Source: Planctomycetota bacterium
GTDB taxonomy: Bacteria > Planctomycetota > B143-G9
DNA: 64,000 nt
Assembly (NCBI GenBank): GCA_034521065.1
Contig: JAXHMW010000016.1
Span: 3,927-67,926 of the forward strand
Direction: 5' to 3'
Shown here: positions 50,066 through 59,835 of the stretch, piece after piece
Layout: every line of letters begins with the position of its first letter
Numbering within the stretch: the stretch's first letter is position 1
Notes under the pieces: model-generated
The model's database searches: none
Told to the model about the DNA's origin: nothing
Seen by the model: the letters and a program-made list of their open reading frames with translations, nothing else
Made by a program: the position numbers and the translations under genes

Positions 50066-50744
50066 CGAAAAACTGTTCGTCGCCGAAGTCGGGCCACAAC
50101 GAACTTGTTACATACAGCTCGGAATACGACGCCTGATACAGCAGGAAGTTGGAGAGCCTCATCTCTCCGGCAGTGCGCACGACGAGGTCGGGGTCGGGCA
50201 TTCCAGCCGTATCGAGATATCCGGCAAGCACCTCTTCGTCGAGGTCCCGTGCGTTTGCGACTCCCTTTTCGACATCTTCGTTCCAGCGTTTTACAGCACG
50301 CACAATCTCTCCCCGCGAGCCATAGTTCAGGGCGAGAGTTAGAATTACTTCGTCGTTTGCAGAAAGCTCTTCAATGGCTTGGCGAAGTTTGTTCTGAGCG
50401 AAGAGGGGAAGCTGTTCAGGTTCGCCTATGACGTTCAGGCGGACGCCTTCCTTCTTCAGGTCGGCCAGTTCGCGCTTGAGGAAGTAGGAGAGCAGGCGCC
50501 ACAGGAAGTTGATTTCAATGCTCGAACGCTTCCAGTTCTCGGAGGAAAAGGCGTAAAGCGTGAGGTACTTGACACCGGTTTTCTTGCACAGTTCCACGAC
50601 GGGCCTGACGCGTTCCGCGCCCTTGCGGTGGCCGAACGAGCGGCGCTTGTTGCGCCTGCGTGCCCAGCGGCCATTGCCGTCCATGATGATAGCGATGTGC
50701 CGTGGTGCAGAGCTGAGGTCAATGTCAGAAGGTATTTCGCTCAT
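49995..50744 (-). CDS. uppS: isoprenyl transferase (undecaprenyl-diphosphate synthase family)
   Basis: HIAIIMDGNGRWA, GHRKGAE, LTLYAFSSENWKR and RTAGEMRLSNFLLYQ are present. ATG 50744 overlaps the purA stop (ATGA). Confidence 0.92.
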   Translation of the reverse strand: MSEIPSDIDLSSAPRHIAIIMDGNGRWARRRNKRRSFGHRKGAERVRPVVELCKKTGVKYLTLYAFSSENWKRSSIEINFLWRLLSYFLKRELADLKKEGVRLNVIGEPEQLPLFAQNKLRQAIEELSANDEVILTLALNYGSRGEIVRAVKRWNEDVEKGVANARDLDEEVLAGYLDTAGMPDPDLVVRTAGEMRLSNFLLYQASYSELYVTSSLWPDFGDEQFFDALRSFQKRVRRFGGLVEDEDNL

Positions 50745-52018
50745 CTGGTGTCTATCTTCTGGTTTCTTCTGGGGCCTACGGACACGCAACTGACTGGCAC
50801 TCCCGTGTATATTGTGACCAGCCGCACAAGATCCTGCGCGGGTTCGGGCAGTGCGTCGAAGTTCCCGACCTGGTCTATCTCTTCTATCCAGCCGGGCATG
50901 GTGTGAAAAACGGGTTTCACCTTTGAGAACGAAACCGGAGACTCGGGAAGGTAGTCGTAACGTCTGCCCTCGTATTCGTATTCGACCACCACGCGCACCT
51001 CTCTCAGACCGCTGAGGACATCCAGTTTGGTGAGATGTATCTCGTTTACGAGATTGGATTCGATGACGGTCTTGAGTGCGACGAGGTCAATCCAGCCCGT
51101 GCGTCGCGGTCTATTGGTCGTCGTGCCGTATTCGCCGCCCTTTTCGCGAAGGTGCTGTGCGACCGAGCCATGCGCTTCTGAAGGGAATGGCCCGTTGCCC
51201 ACCCTCGTGCAGTATGCCTTGCTCACTCCCGTAATGCGGTCAACAAGCTGGAGGGGAAAGCCGCTGCCAGAGGAAACACCGCTGGCAAGCGTGGAAGACG
51301 AGGTCACATATGGATAGCTGCAGGCGTCTATGTCGAGCATGACGGCCTGGGCTCCTTCGAAGACGATGTTCATGCCGTCGTGGTATGCCCTGAGAAGCTC
51401 GTGTTCGGACTCGCTTTCGAAAGGCCTGAAGAACTCGCGGTGCGCAAGCAGCGATTCATAGACCTCTTCAAACGACGGAGCATCCGTGTCAAAGACCTTT
51501 TTCAGTGTGCTGTTGGCGACGCTTATGGTCCGGCGAAGTCTTTCGCCAAGAGCGTCCTCGTGGAAGATATCTCCGAACTGGATTCCAGTGCGGTTTGCCT
51601 TTTCGGCGTAGCAGGGGCCGATGCCGCGACCTGTAGTGCCGATACATGCCTTTCCGGCGGATTTCTCGCGCGCTTTGTCGAGAAGCTTGTGTTGCGGAAG
51701 TACGAGATGGGCTCGCGGGCTGATGAGTATCCTTCCGTCAACGTTTACTTGCCGGTCGGTGAGGGAAGTAATTTCTTCGCGCAACTGGTCTAGGTCGAGG
51801 ACCATTCCGCGCCCGAGAACGCATTTTACGCCTTCGTGCAGGATTCCGGAAGGTACACAATGCAGATAATATTTCTCGTCGCCGATCTGTACGGTGTGAC
51901 CGGAGTTCGCGCCACCTTGGAATCTGACGACGTAATCAGCGTCCTTCGAGACGAGATCGACTATCTTACCTTTTCCTTCGTCTCCCCATTGGAGACCGAG
52001 AACGAGTTCAGCTGGCAT
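50741..52018 (-). CDS. purA: adenylosuccinate synthase
   Basis: GLQWGDEGKGKIVD, GTTGRGIGPCY and GGEYGTTTNRPRRTGW are present. Confidence 0.95.
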   Translation of the reverse strand: MPAELVLGLQWGDEGKGKIVDLVSKDADYVVRFQGGANSGHTVQIGDEKYYLHCVPSGILHEGVKCVLGRGMVLDLDQLREEITSLTDRQVNVDGRILISPRAHLVLPQHKLLDKAREKSAGKACIGTTGRGIGPCYAEKANRTGIQFGDIFHEDALGERLRRTISVANSTLKKVFDTDAPSFEEVYESLLAHREFFRPFESESEHELLRAYHDGMNIVFEGAQAVMLDIDACSYPYVTSSSTLASGVSSGSGFPLQLVDRITGVSKAYCTRVGNGPFPSEAHGSVAQHLREKGGEYGTTTNRPRRTGWIDLVALKTVIESNLVNEIHLTKLDVLSGLREVRVVVEYEYEGRRYDYLPESPVSFSKVKPVFHTMPGWIEEIDQVGNFDALPEPAQDLVRLVTIYTGVPVSCVSVGPRRNQKIDTR

Positions 52019-52043
52019 CTACGCTCCTTGGAAAACCCGCAAG

Positions 52044-52071
52044 ATTATCTGTAATTTGAGTGGTTATTCAA
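52044..52071 (-). promoter_or_regulatory. candidate sigma70-type promoter of purA
   Basis: On the minus strand, TTGAAT (52071-52066), a 16-nt spacer and GATAAT (52049-52044) are present. An AAGGAG SD precedes ATG 52018. Confidence 0.35.
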
Positions 52072-52097
52072 CAAAAAGGCGGGCCTTGCGGCCCGCC
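52071..52097 (-). terminator. rho-independent terminator of hup
   Basis: GGCGGGCC-TTGC-GGCCCGCC forms an 8-bp stem (52078-52097), followed on the minus strand by TTTTTGT. Confidence 0.6.
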
Positions 52098-52122
52098 TGC
52101 TTTGCGTGGTCATTGTTGGAAA

Positions 52123-52395
52123 TCAGAGGGTGTCTTTGAGATCTTTGCCGGGGCGGAAGCCGACGGTCTTGCTCGGAGCGATGTCAATGGTTTCGCCGGA
52201 GCGCGGGTTGAGGCCCTTGCGAGCCTTGCGCTGACGGACCACGAAGGTGCCGAAGCCCACGAGCTGGACCTTCTGCTCATCGTCTTTGAGGCCGTCCTTA
52301 ATGCCTTCGAGGACCGAGTTGAGGTACTTGGTGGCGTCAGCCTTGGAAACGCCCAGATCTTCTGCCACTGTCTTGATCAGTTCGCCTTTGTTCAC
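52123..52395 (-). CDS. hup: HU-family DNA-binding protein
   Basis: This 90-aa protein reads NKGELIKTVAEDLGVSKADA...LVGFGTFVVRQRKARKGLNPRSGE. GTG 52395 is preceded by an AAGGGGGAG SD; the ORF-track start at 52530 is unlikely. Confidence 0.9.
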   Translation of the reverse strand: MNKGELIKTVAEDLGVSKADATKYLNSVLEGIKDGLKDDEQKVQLVGFGTFVVRQRKARKGLNPRSGETIDIAPSKTVGFRPGKDLKDTL

Positions 52396-52443
52396 TTCTC
52401 CCCCTTTCGAGTGGGTTGTAAGGTCTTTCGATTTACTTGAACG

Positions 52444-52472
52444 ATGATACTTTGAAAAATATGCGTTGTCAA
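52444..52472 (-). promoter_or_regulatory. candidate sigma70-type promoter of hup
   Basis: On the minus strand, TTGACA (52472-52467), a 17-nt spacer and TATCAT (52449-52444) are present, about 50 nt upstream of the GTG. Confidence 0.5.
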
Positions 52473-52651
52473 GGAATTTTCCTGATTTTTCTGAAATTGC
52501 CCCGTCATGTAACCCTGTTTTTTCCTGCATTGCAGGACAAACGGCGCAGTTTGTCCTTCCGAATAATCTCCTCGACGCACGAACACAAACCCCGTCTGTC
52601 GCTCCTTACTTCTTGAAAAAATCTATAATCTGATAATAAACCGGAGGAATA

Positions 52652-53761
52652 ATGCCGCACCGCTTTAAGATTCCTACTGATATTTACTACGGCGAAAACT
52701 GCTTTGACAAGCTTCCGAAGAGGCTCGGAGCCGCCGGAAGGGCAGTTGCTATCGTGGTCTCCCGTTCCGTTTACGAAAATTACGAAGAGGTCTGTTCCCT
52801 TGTGGATTTCTGTGATATCACCGCGAAAAGGCATGTCCTGCACGTATATGAGGGCGGAGAGCCGACGCTTAGTTCGGTGGAGACCGTTCGAGAAGGGATA
52901 AGTGATGCCGATGTCTGTGTTGCAATCGGAGGCGGAAGCGTCCTGGATGCCGCGAAGGCTGCATGTGCCGTTGCGCACTCGCCGCATATGCTGGAGGAAC
53001 ATTTCCGCGATGGTGTCGCGTTGCCCGACGAACATACGGAGTTTATCGCCGTACCCACGACAAGCGGAACAGGTACCGAGGTCACTCCCAATTCCGTCCT
53101 TTCCGACAAGGACAGCCATGTCAAGAAATCGCTTCGTGCGAAAAACATGTTCCCGAACGTTGCGTTCGTGGACCCCGGTCTTACGAGATATCTGCCGTCG
53201 CAGGTGGCTGCCGCCTCCGGTGCCGATGCCCTTGTCCAGGGACTCGAGGCCTATCTTTCGCGTCATGCTTCTGTTCTTACTGACCAGCTTGCCCTGAAGT
53301 CGGTCGAACTTTCTTCCGGCTCGCTCGAAAAGGTCGTTGCAGACAACGACGAAGATTTCAGGGCTAAGCTTGCCCTTGCGAGCCTCATGGCGGGAATGGC
53401 TTTCGCAAACAGCAGGCTCGGTGCTGTTCACGGAGTTGTGCATTCCATTGGAGTGATTTCCGACACCCCGCACGGAGTGTGCTGCGCGGCGACGATACCG
53501 CACGTAATGGAGATGAACCGCGATTCGTGCAGGGAGAAATTCTCGGTTCTCGAGAACATGTGGGGAGAGGATCCGGTCGTTTTCATCAGTCGCCTGATGG
53601 AACGTATCGGCATGCCTTCCGACCTGAAGCATCTTAAAATTGAAAAGGACGAACGAGAATACCTGTTCGAACAGTGCCTGCCTTCCGGCAGCCTTGCCGC
53701 CAACCCGCGCAGGTTCGACCGTGCCGACCTCGACGAATTGTTCGAACGGCTGTTGTGGTAG
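52652..53761 (+). CDS. iron-containing (group III) alcohol dehydrogenase
   Basis: AIGGGSVLDAAKA, PTTSGTGTEVT and the His-rich metal site (...AVHGVVHSIG...PHGVCCA) are present. A GGAGG SD precedes ATG 52652. Confidence 0.85.
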   Translation: MPHRFKIPTDIYYGENCFDKLPKRLGAAGRAVAIVVSRSVYENYEEVCSLVDFCDITAKRHVLHVYEGGEPTLSSVETVREGISDADVCVAIGGGSVLDAAKAACAVAHSPHMLEEHFRDGVALPDEHTEFIAVPTTSGTGTEVTPNSVLSDKDSHVKKSLRAKNMFPNVAFVDPGLTRYLPSQVAAASGADALVQGLEAYLSRHASVLTDQLALKSVELSSGSLEKVVADNDEDFRAKLALASLMAGMAFANSRLGAVHGVVHSIGVISDTPHGVCCAATIPHVMEMNRDSCREKFSVLENMWGEDPVVFISRLMERIGMPSDLKHLKIEKDEREYLFEQCLPSGSLAANPRRFDRADLDELFERLLW

Positions 53762-53809
53762 AAGGATACCTCGAACAATTGGTTTCGTACGAAAACCAGC
53801 GAGGCAAAG

Positions 53810-54030
53810 GTGCGTGCCGCACACCCGGACAAGGAAGAAACGGCTTGACGACGAAGCCCGTGCCGGGCAGCCAAGTTAAATCTTGCTGATGGTAGCAGAC
53901 AACGCTATCGCAGGTATGACCCGTTCGCATGCTTTATCTCGGCTGTGTGGCACACACCCGTGTCGGGCTCCCAAGTTAAAGCGTATTGACGGTGGTCGGT
54001 GACCGCTATCGCAGGTATCCCCGTTCTCTG
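53810..54030. repeat. imperfect tandem duplication (~100-nt period) of an intergenic element
   Basis: Block 1 is CCCGTG(C/T)CGGGC..CCAAGTTAAA at 53857-53880 and 53957-53980. Block 2 is CGCTATCGCAGGTAT..CCCGTTC at 53903-53926 and 54004-54026. Each unit is preceded by a small palindrome (GTGCG-TGC-CGCAC at 53810-53822; GTGTG-GCA-CACAC at 53945-53957). Confidence 0.55.
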
Positions 54031-54119
54031 ACCGTTCAACGAACATCAGGTAAGCATGGCAAAGCCGCAGCCGTTTACAGAAAACTGTATTATTCGAGGT
54101 GCCCTTAAGCTCTTCGAAG

Positions 54120-54128
54120 TGCTATAAT
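54120..54128 (+). promoter_or_regulatory. candidate extended -10 promoter
   Basis: TGCTATAAT matches TGnTATAAT and lies 22 nt upstream of ATG 54150. A GGGAGGA SD lies between them. Confidence 0.35.
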
Positions 54129-54149
54129 ATATCACGACCGGGAGGACTT

Positions 54150-55796
54150 ATGAAACGAACACTGATATCCGTGCTCTTACTTTTCTCGCTCTTGGCCCTT
54201 GCCGGGTGTGCTCCACCTGCCGAACGGGCTGATAAGACTATCCTCGTATCCAAAGATGCACTGAACGCGGTTCAGGAAGTCAAGGCGATGGCATCCAAGA
54301 GGGTCAGCAATCGCGAGTTGTCGCTTCTGTTCCAGGATACACGCGACCTTGCAGACAAGTATCGCGAAATGTATCCGGAAGTGCCGGGTGACGAATGGGA
54401 CTATCCGATAATGCAGATGTACTACCGAAACAGCAAGTATGTCGAGTCCGTGGAATTCGGAGAGTACTTTCTGGACAAGTACAACAGTAGCACATATCGG
54501 ACTTCCGTGCTCATGATGACCGGCTATTCGAACTTCAAGCTCCGTTACTACGATAAGGCCGCCGATTGCTACCTTGAAGTGATGGAAGGGGAACAAAAGT
54601 ACGCCAATCTGCCCCTGGCCATGTACAACGCTGCCGTGAACCTCGACCTGTCCGGCGACAGGGGCAGGGCGCGCAGGATTCTCAAGAAAATGCTGAATAA
54701 GTATCCCGACTCACGCTGGTCGGCGAACGCGCACCTCGTATATGCGATATTCGAACACGAAGCCGGTGAGCGCAGTTCCGCAGCGCAACACGCGTTCGAA
54801 TACCTTTCTTCGGAACCTTTCCTGGGCAACCTTTCCTCGGACAGGGTGCTCGTGCTCAAGGACATTATCGAATGGAGCGTCGAGACAGCCGAGACCCCTT
54901 CTCAGAAGCTGAGGTCGGCCTCGATGGACGCTTACTTTAACGCGCGTGCGTACGACCGACAAGCTCGCGTGAGCGGAACAGAGAAGGGTCCGGCGGCACT
55001 TACTGTTCTCGAAAACACGCTGAAAGCTCATCCCGACCTCGATGCCTCGCCGGTTGCAGCCTACATGCTGTGTCTGCTTCGCCCGGCAATCAAGGAAAAT
55101 CTCGATTTCGCTTTTGAATGGCGTGAACGCGCGGACCGAAGTCTTCGAAAGAAGTTCGACTACGTTATAATACGCAACATGTACACCATGCAAAATTTCG
55201 AGAATCTGTTCGGAATGTACTGGGCGAATAAATTGGATGCGAGCTACAAGAACGGCCGATACTTCGTTGCCCAGGCGGGGATGGAGCTTCACGAGTACGA
55301 CCAGGTGAAGAAGGTCTGCGAGATAGGCCTTGAAGCCGAACCCGAAAACGCTTCCTTGCAGAACATGCGCGACCTTGCTTCGCTCGTGGGAAAACCGGCG
55401 CCGGAGGTGTCCGGAAAGGACATGCTGACCGGTAAAGAGGTATCTCTTGCCGCAATCAAAGGAAAGGCGGTGCTGTTGTGGTTCTGGGCGAGCTGGGACA
55501 GGCAGAATCCGCGCTACATTCCTGCCGTTAAACAGCTTGTGAGCGAGCTGGGCGGCAGTTTCGCCGTTCTCGGTTTCTGCCTGGACAATGAAAACAGCGC
55601 GGAGAACGCCAGGGAAGTCCTGCAGCAGATGGAGGTCAGCTGGCCTGTCATTTTCACGGGCGAGGGCTATTCGAGTCCCTTGCGCCAGGAGTATTATTTC
55701 AGAGGGACCAGCATGTACTTGATAGACTCGAAGGGCATCGTGCGCCACGTATCGGTTACTCCCGACGAGTTGAAGATGCTTCTTGAGAACATGTGA
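54150..55796 (+). CDS. TPR-repeat lipoprotein with a C-terminal Cys-less TlpA-like thioredoxin fold
   Basis: A lipobox (LLALAGC) is present at ATG 54150. TPR-like helices fill the first ~400 aa. The last ~130 aa follow the redoxin pattern (GKAVLLWFWASW-DRQN-PRYIPAVKQL...), with WDRQN (55494-55508) in place of WCxxC. Confidence 0.75.
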   Translation: MKRTLISVLLLFSLLALAGCAPPAERADKTILVSKDALNAVQEVKAMASKRVSNRELSLLFQDTRDLADKYREMYPEVPGDEWDYPIMQMYYRNSKYVESVEFGEYFLDKYNSSTYRTSVLMMTGYSNFKLRYYDKAADCYLEVMEGEQKYANLPLAMYNAAVNLDLSGDRGRARRILKKMLNKYPDSRWSANAHLVYAIFEHEAGERSSAAQHAFEYLSSEPFLGNLSSDRVLVLKDIIEWSVETAETPSQKLRSASMDAYFNARAYDRQARVSGTEKGPAALTVLENTLKAHPDLDASPVAAYMLCLLRPAIKENLDFAFEWRERADRSLRKKFDYVIIRNMYTMQNFENLFGMYWANKLDASYKNGRYFVAQAGMELHEYDQVKKVCEIGLEAEPENASLQNMRDLASLVGKPAPEVSGKDMLTGKEVSLAAIKGKAVLLWFWASWDRQNPRYIPAVKQLVSELGGSFAVLGFCLDNENSAENAREVLQQMEVSWPVIFTGEGYSSPLRQEYYFRGTSMYLIDSKGIVRHVSVTPDELKMLLENM

Positions 55797-55818
55797 ACCG
55801 CTCCCGCATAGAGTCTTC

Positions 55819-55846
55819 AACGGACCCGGCCTCTGCCGGGTCCGTT
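55819..55846. terminator. perfect 12-bp hairpin between convergent genes
   Basis: AACGGACCCGGC-CTCT-GCCGGGTCCGTT. It has no strong U-run on either side, and its right arm touches the DUF1848 stop codon. Confidence 0.45.
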
Positions 55847-56730
55847 CATGCAAGACGGGGTGAGGTGGGATCGTGTTTGGATCGCAGCAGCATTGCCCGA
55901 GAAAAGTCACGGGTCGAATAGCAGTAGCTGCAGCCGCCTGTACAGGTGTTGTTTACTCCGATATCACGCGACAGGACACAGCGGCAGCTTGCCCTCTGTC
56001 CCCTGTGACGGGGAACATTGATCGACATTCCGAAAAGCTCTTCGAGAAGTGCGTCGTCAACGCATTTGCCCCGTACGATACCGCAGCGTTCGAATGGTTC
56101 GTCCTGTGCACAGCTTCGAAGCTCAATTCCTCTTTCCGCCGCCTCTGCCTTCATGAACGTCACAAGCTCCCTGGCCTGCGGATGGTCCGCCTGCTGTCTG
56201 CAAACTTCAATGCCGCTTTCAGAAAGGGCGGAAAGCCGCCTTCTTGTCTTAGCGTACATTGTCACGAAACTGCTGATACAACGGTTCGTCCATCCTTGCA
56301 GGGATTCACAGAGAGAGCGGAAATGAGCCTTGTGATATTCGAGGTCTGTGACATTTGAAAACACTACGGGGTCATATCGCCAGATGACCCTTTTCGGGCC
56401 GATTCGTCTGGAAAGCTCCTTGAAAGCACCGAGGCGCCTTTCAAAGCAGACGGGGTGTGCTTCCAGCGGTGGGCCATAAGGCGTAAGGGTGTACAGGAAG
56501 TAGTAGCGGTAGCCGCGTTTGTCAATTTCGTTCAGTCGTTCGAGCATGGGGGATGCGTCCCGCGTCCAGAACACGAAGGCATCAACAGCCTCGGGTCGCA
56601 GGTCAACGGTTGATATCTGTTTCGCGTTGAAAGGATTGGGAACCTCGCACCAGCCTTCTTCAAGGCGGTTGAAGAACCAGTCGGTGTAGAATGCGGGAAT
56701 GTCTGTGCGGCGCGAAACGCTTCCTATCAC
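55846..56730 (-). CDS. DUF1848-family protein
   Basis: The N-terminus SRRTDIPAFYTDWFFNRLEEGW...AFVFWTRD and the C-terminal Cys cluster SCRCVLSRDIGVNNTCTGGCSYCY match my memory of DUF1848. Confidence 0.7.
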   Translation of the reverse strand: MIGSVSRRTDIPAFYTDWFFNRLEEGWCEVPNPFNAKQISTVDLRPEAVDAFVFWTRDASPMLERLNEIDKRGYRYYFLYTLTPYGPPLEAHPVCFERRLGAFKELSRRIGPKRVIWRYDPVVFSNVTDLEYHKAHFRSLCESLQGWTNRCISSFVTMYAKTRRRLSALSESGIEVCRQQADHPQARELVTFMKAEAAERGIELRSCAQDEPFERCGIVRGKCVDDALLEELFGMSINVPRHRGQRASCRCVLSRDIGVNNTCTGGCSYCYSTRDFSRAMLLRSKHDPTSPRLA

Positions 56731-56733
56731 TTC

Positions 56734-59700
56734 TCAGTTCACAACCATTCGTGTTCGCGAGCCCCGTCCAGCAGGTGTAGGTGGCAAAACCTCTATATAG
56801 GCGCCGACCATCTGCCTCGACCTCCGTCACGTGCGAGATTACGCCTATCATGCGCTCCTCTGTACGCAGCCTCTCGAGGGCTTCGAAGACTGTCTCGAGC
56901 GTTCGCGGATCAAGTGCGCCGAATCCCTCGTCGAGGAAGAAGCACTCGACGGAATCGGTGCCGGACTGAACGAGTTTCGACAGAGCGAGAGCCAGCGACA
57001 GGGATACGAGAAACTTCTCGCCACCCGAGAGCGTGTTCGACTTGCGGCTTATTCCGCCGCTCCACTTGCCCTTGAGAATTATCTCTATGCTGTTGGTGCC
57101 CTCCGTCTCGTAGTCGAGAGTGTAGCGGTCGTTAGCGATATGACGCAGGAGTTTGTTGGCCGAGGTGAACATATCGTGCAGATCAGGGCTCGGCGAACGA
57201 ATTGCGCGAGCGCGCCGCCGCGGGTCAGCTTCTCGATCTCCTCGATGCGGTCGGCCTTCTTGAGGGTCTTCGCAAGCTTCTCGCGGTTCTTCTCGCCCTT
57301 TTCGAGGACTTCCTTCATGCTTGATATCTCTCTGTCCAGTCTCCCGATCTTCTGGTGAAGCTCCTCCTTGGCCGAGACGAGTTTTTTCTGGTAGTTTCTT
57401 TTCTCTTCGAGGATGGCGGTCGGCTCTTGCTTGTTTTCGAGTTTGCCGTCGAGCGTCTTCAGCCTGTCCTTCACGCTCTTTTTACGTTCGGTGTACTCCT
57501 CGATATCCATTTTGAGCTTCTGTCTCTCGTTATCTTCGAGCATTGATTCCTTAGCGGCTCGCGCATCAGAGAAGCCGTACTCCTTCAACCGCATATCGAG
57601 GCGTTTGCGGCTGCGCGAGAGGGCGGAATCGAGCGTTTCGCATTTGCCTTCAAGCGTGTCGCGCTTCGATTTTACTCTGTCGAGCTTCTCCCCAAGCTCT
57701 TCCGATTTGTCGCGAAGCTCGTCGAGTTTGTCCGTAAGATCCTTCTGTTCACGGTTGGCAGCTGCTATGGCTGTTGCCGGGTCAATTTCGCCGAAGACTT
57801 TACGAATGGTCGAGTTGACTTCCCCAAATTCGGCCTGTGCATCTTGCGCCTTCTCCCTTTCGTGTTCAGCATCCCGTTCGGCGTTCTCAGCCTCATTTTT
57901 GGCTTCCGTGACGGCGTCCTTGGCGTTCTCCGCCTCCTGTTCTCTCTCTTTCAGTTTGTCTTTTACCTTTTTTGATAGCGCATCGGCCTCCCTGCCGTCC
58001 TCCCACATCGCCTCGAATTTCTTTGCGGAAAAACCGCTGAGGTCCTTGAGCTTCTCTTGTGCTTCCCCTATGCTGTCCTTCAGTGAGTTTAAACCGTCCT
58101 CGGCCGCTCGAAAGCGCTTTTTGGCGAAGGCGGCATCATTGAGTTGCATCAGGAGTTTTTGGCGCATCTCTGAAGCGTTCTCGCATTCCCGGGCGGCCTT
58201 TTCAGCATCCTCGCGCAGTCTGGCAACTTTCTCCGAGGGCATGGCGGGAGCCGGGTGTTCGCGAGAGCCGCAGACGGGACAGGGCTCGCTGTCGGTAAGT
58301 TCATCGGCAAGCTTTACGGCGTTCGCGTGGGGCAGGGCTTTCAACTGTTCTTCGAGTTTCGTGCACTCTTCCTCAAGCTTCTTCAGATGCCGGGAAACTC
58401 GCTCGGAAGCCTCGGACAATTCGCATGAAATGCCCATTTTCTCAGGGGTCTTTCGAGCCGCCTGCTCGTAATCTTCGAGTTCTCTCCGGGCTTCTCTGAA
58501 TCGTACCTGAGCCTCTTCGAGCTGTTCTTCAAGCAGTTTCACCCGTGTATAATGCTTGTGCGCTTCTTCGTGTTCTGAACAGAAAGAAGCGCGCTTATCG
58601 AGGTTCTTCAGCTTGGTTTCAAGCTCCGCGACCGCTTTCTGAGACGTAGTCTGAGCAGACAAGGCCTTGAGTTTGCGACGGTGGGCCTCACGCGCCTTCT
58701 TGTCGAAAAGGGCGGCCTGCTCTTCGCTTCTTTCGATCTGCTCCAGCAGCTTCTTTCGCCGCTTCAGTTCACCGAGGTTCGCTTCGTATTTGGCCAGTTC
58801 GTTGCGCAGTTCATCTATGCGAGCAAGGGAGGGTTTCTCAATCTTCTCAAGAGCCTTGCGCGCCCCTTTGGCGTCCTCTTCGATATTCGCGACGTCTCTT
58901 CGGACTTTCTCGAGTTCACTGTGAGCATTCTTCGCCGCCTTCGCATCGGATTCGTATGTTTCAAGAACATCTGAAAGTCGAGCCGCCTTCTCTGCCTTTC
59001 GAAGCCTCTCCTTCGCCTCGTCAATTCGCTCCTGTCTGTCTTCGAGATCGGAAAGCTCCTTCGATAGTCCCGTCCGTTCGCTGAAGAGTTTCGAGAGGTC
59101 GGCCAGCTTCTCTATCTCGCGTGACAAATCCTTAAGTTCCGCCTCGGTCTCATCGGCCTTGCTCCTGATTCCCTTCATATCATTCTGCAGCTCTGCAAGG
59201 TCGTCCTGCGATATATCCTCCAATTGCGAGAGTCTCTCCCTGAGCAGGGCGATTTCTCTCTCGGTGGCATCCTTCGCCACATCAAGCTTGCGCTTGAATT
59301 CTCCGGCAAAACGTTCGAGATGGAACAATCGCGTGAAAAGCCTGTTGCGGTCTGCGGGTTTGAGCAAGAGGAACTTTTCGAACTTTCCCTGCGGCAGAAG
59401 CACGGCCATTGTGAAGTCTTTCGCGCTCAGGCCAGTGAGGCTCTCGATTTCGGGATTCACATCGCGGCTTTTCTCGGCGATGACCGCATTGTCCTTGATA
59501 AGGCGCACCTTCGACTCGTGCAGATTGAGAGGGGAGCCCTTCGGGGAGCGATACTTCCTTTCGACGAAGTACTCTTCCCCTTTTACCGAGAAACGAAGTC
59601 GGACAAAGGCGTTGCGGTCTGAGCTGTTCATCGCGCCGTTCTGCGAACGTTCTGATTCCAGCCTCGGCACAAGGCCGTACAGGGCGAGCATCATGGCATC

Positions 59701-59835
59701 GAATATTGTTGATTTACCCGAGCCGGTCGGGCCGAAGAAGCCGAAGATGCCGGTGCGGGAGAGCTGTTCGAAGTCGATTTCGCATCTGTCCGAGTACGAG
59801 TTTATGCCCTTGAATTCCAGTCGAAGCGGTCTCAT
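56734..59835 (-). CDS. sbcC: SbcC (Rad50-like) nuclease ATPase subunit (2 frame breaks near the 3' end)
   Basis: The Walker A is FGFFGPTGSGKSTIFDA. A ~700-aa coiled coil carries the zinc hook CPVCGSREHP. The signature LSGGEKFLVSLSLALAL and the Walker B FFLDEGFGALD follow. The breaks are at about 57184 and 56814 (ORF-track pieces 57085-59835 and 56660-57172). The frame-corrected stop is at 56736-56734. Confidence 0.9.

Noticed and set aside
52505-53824. A 439-aa ORF antisense to the iron-containing alcohol dehydrogenase gene.
   Set aside because: Its translation is Arg/Gly/Ser-rich with no recognisable motif. It covers exactly the span of a plus-strand gene that has clear family signatures. 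It is a typical shadow ORF of GC-rich coding DNA.
54711-55910. A 399-aa ORF antisense to the TPR-redoxin gene.
   Set aside because: It is a shadow ORF with an Arg/His/Leu-rich translation and no SD. It would also collide with the DUF1848 gene.
57413-58471. A 352-aa Ser/Ala/Phe-rich ORF antisense to the sbcC coiled coil.
   Set aside because: It is the mirror image of a Glu/Lys/Leu/Ala-rich coiled-coil gene. Its low-complexity composition is what antisense reading of such sequence would produce.
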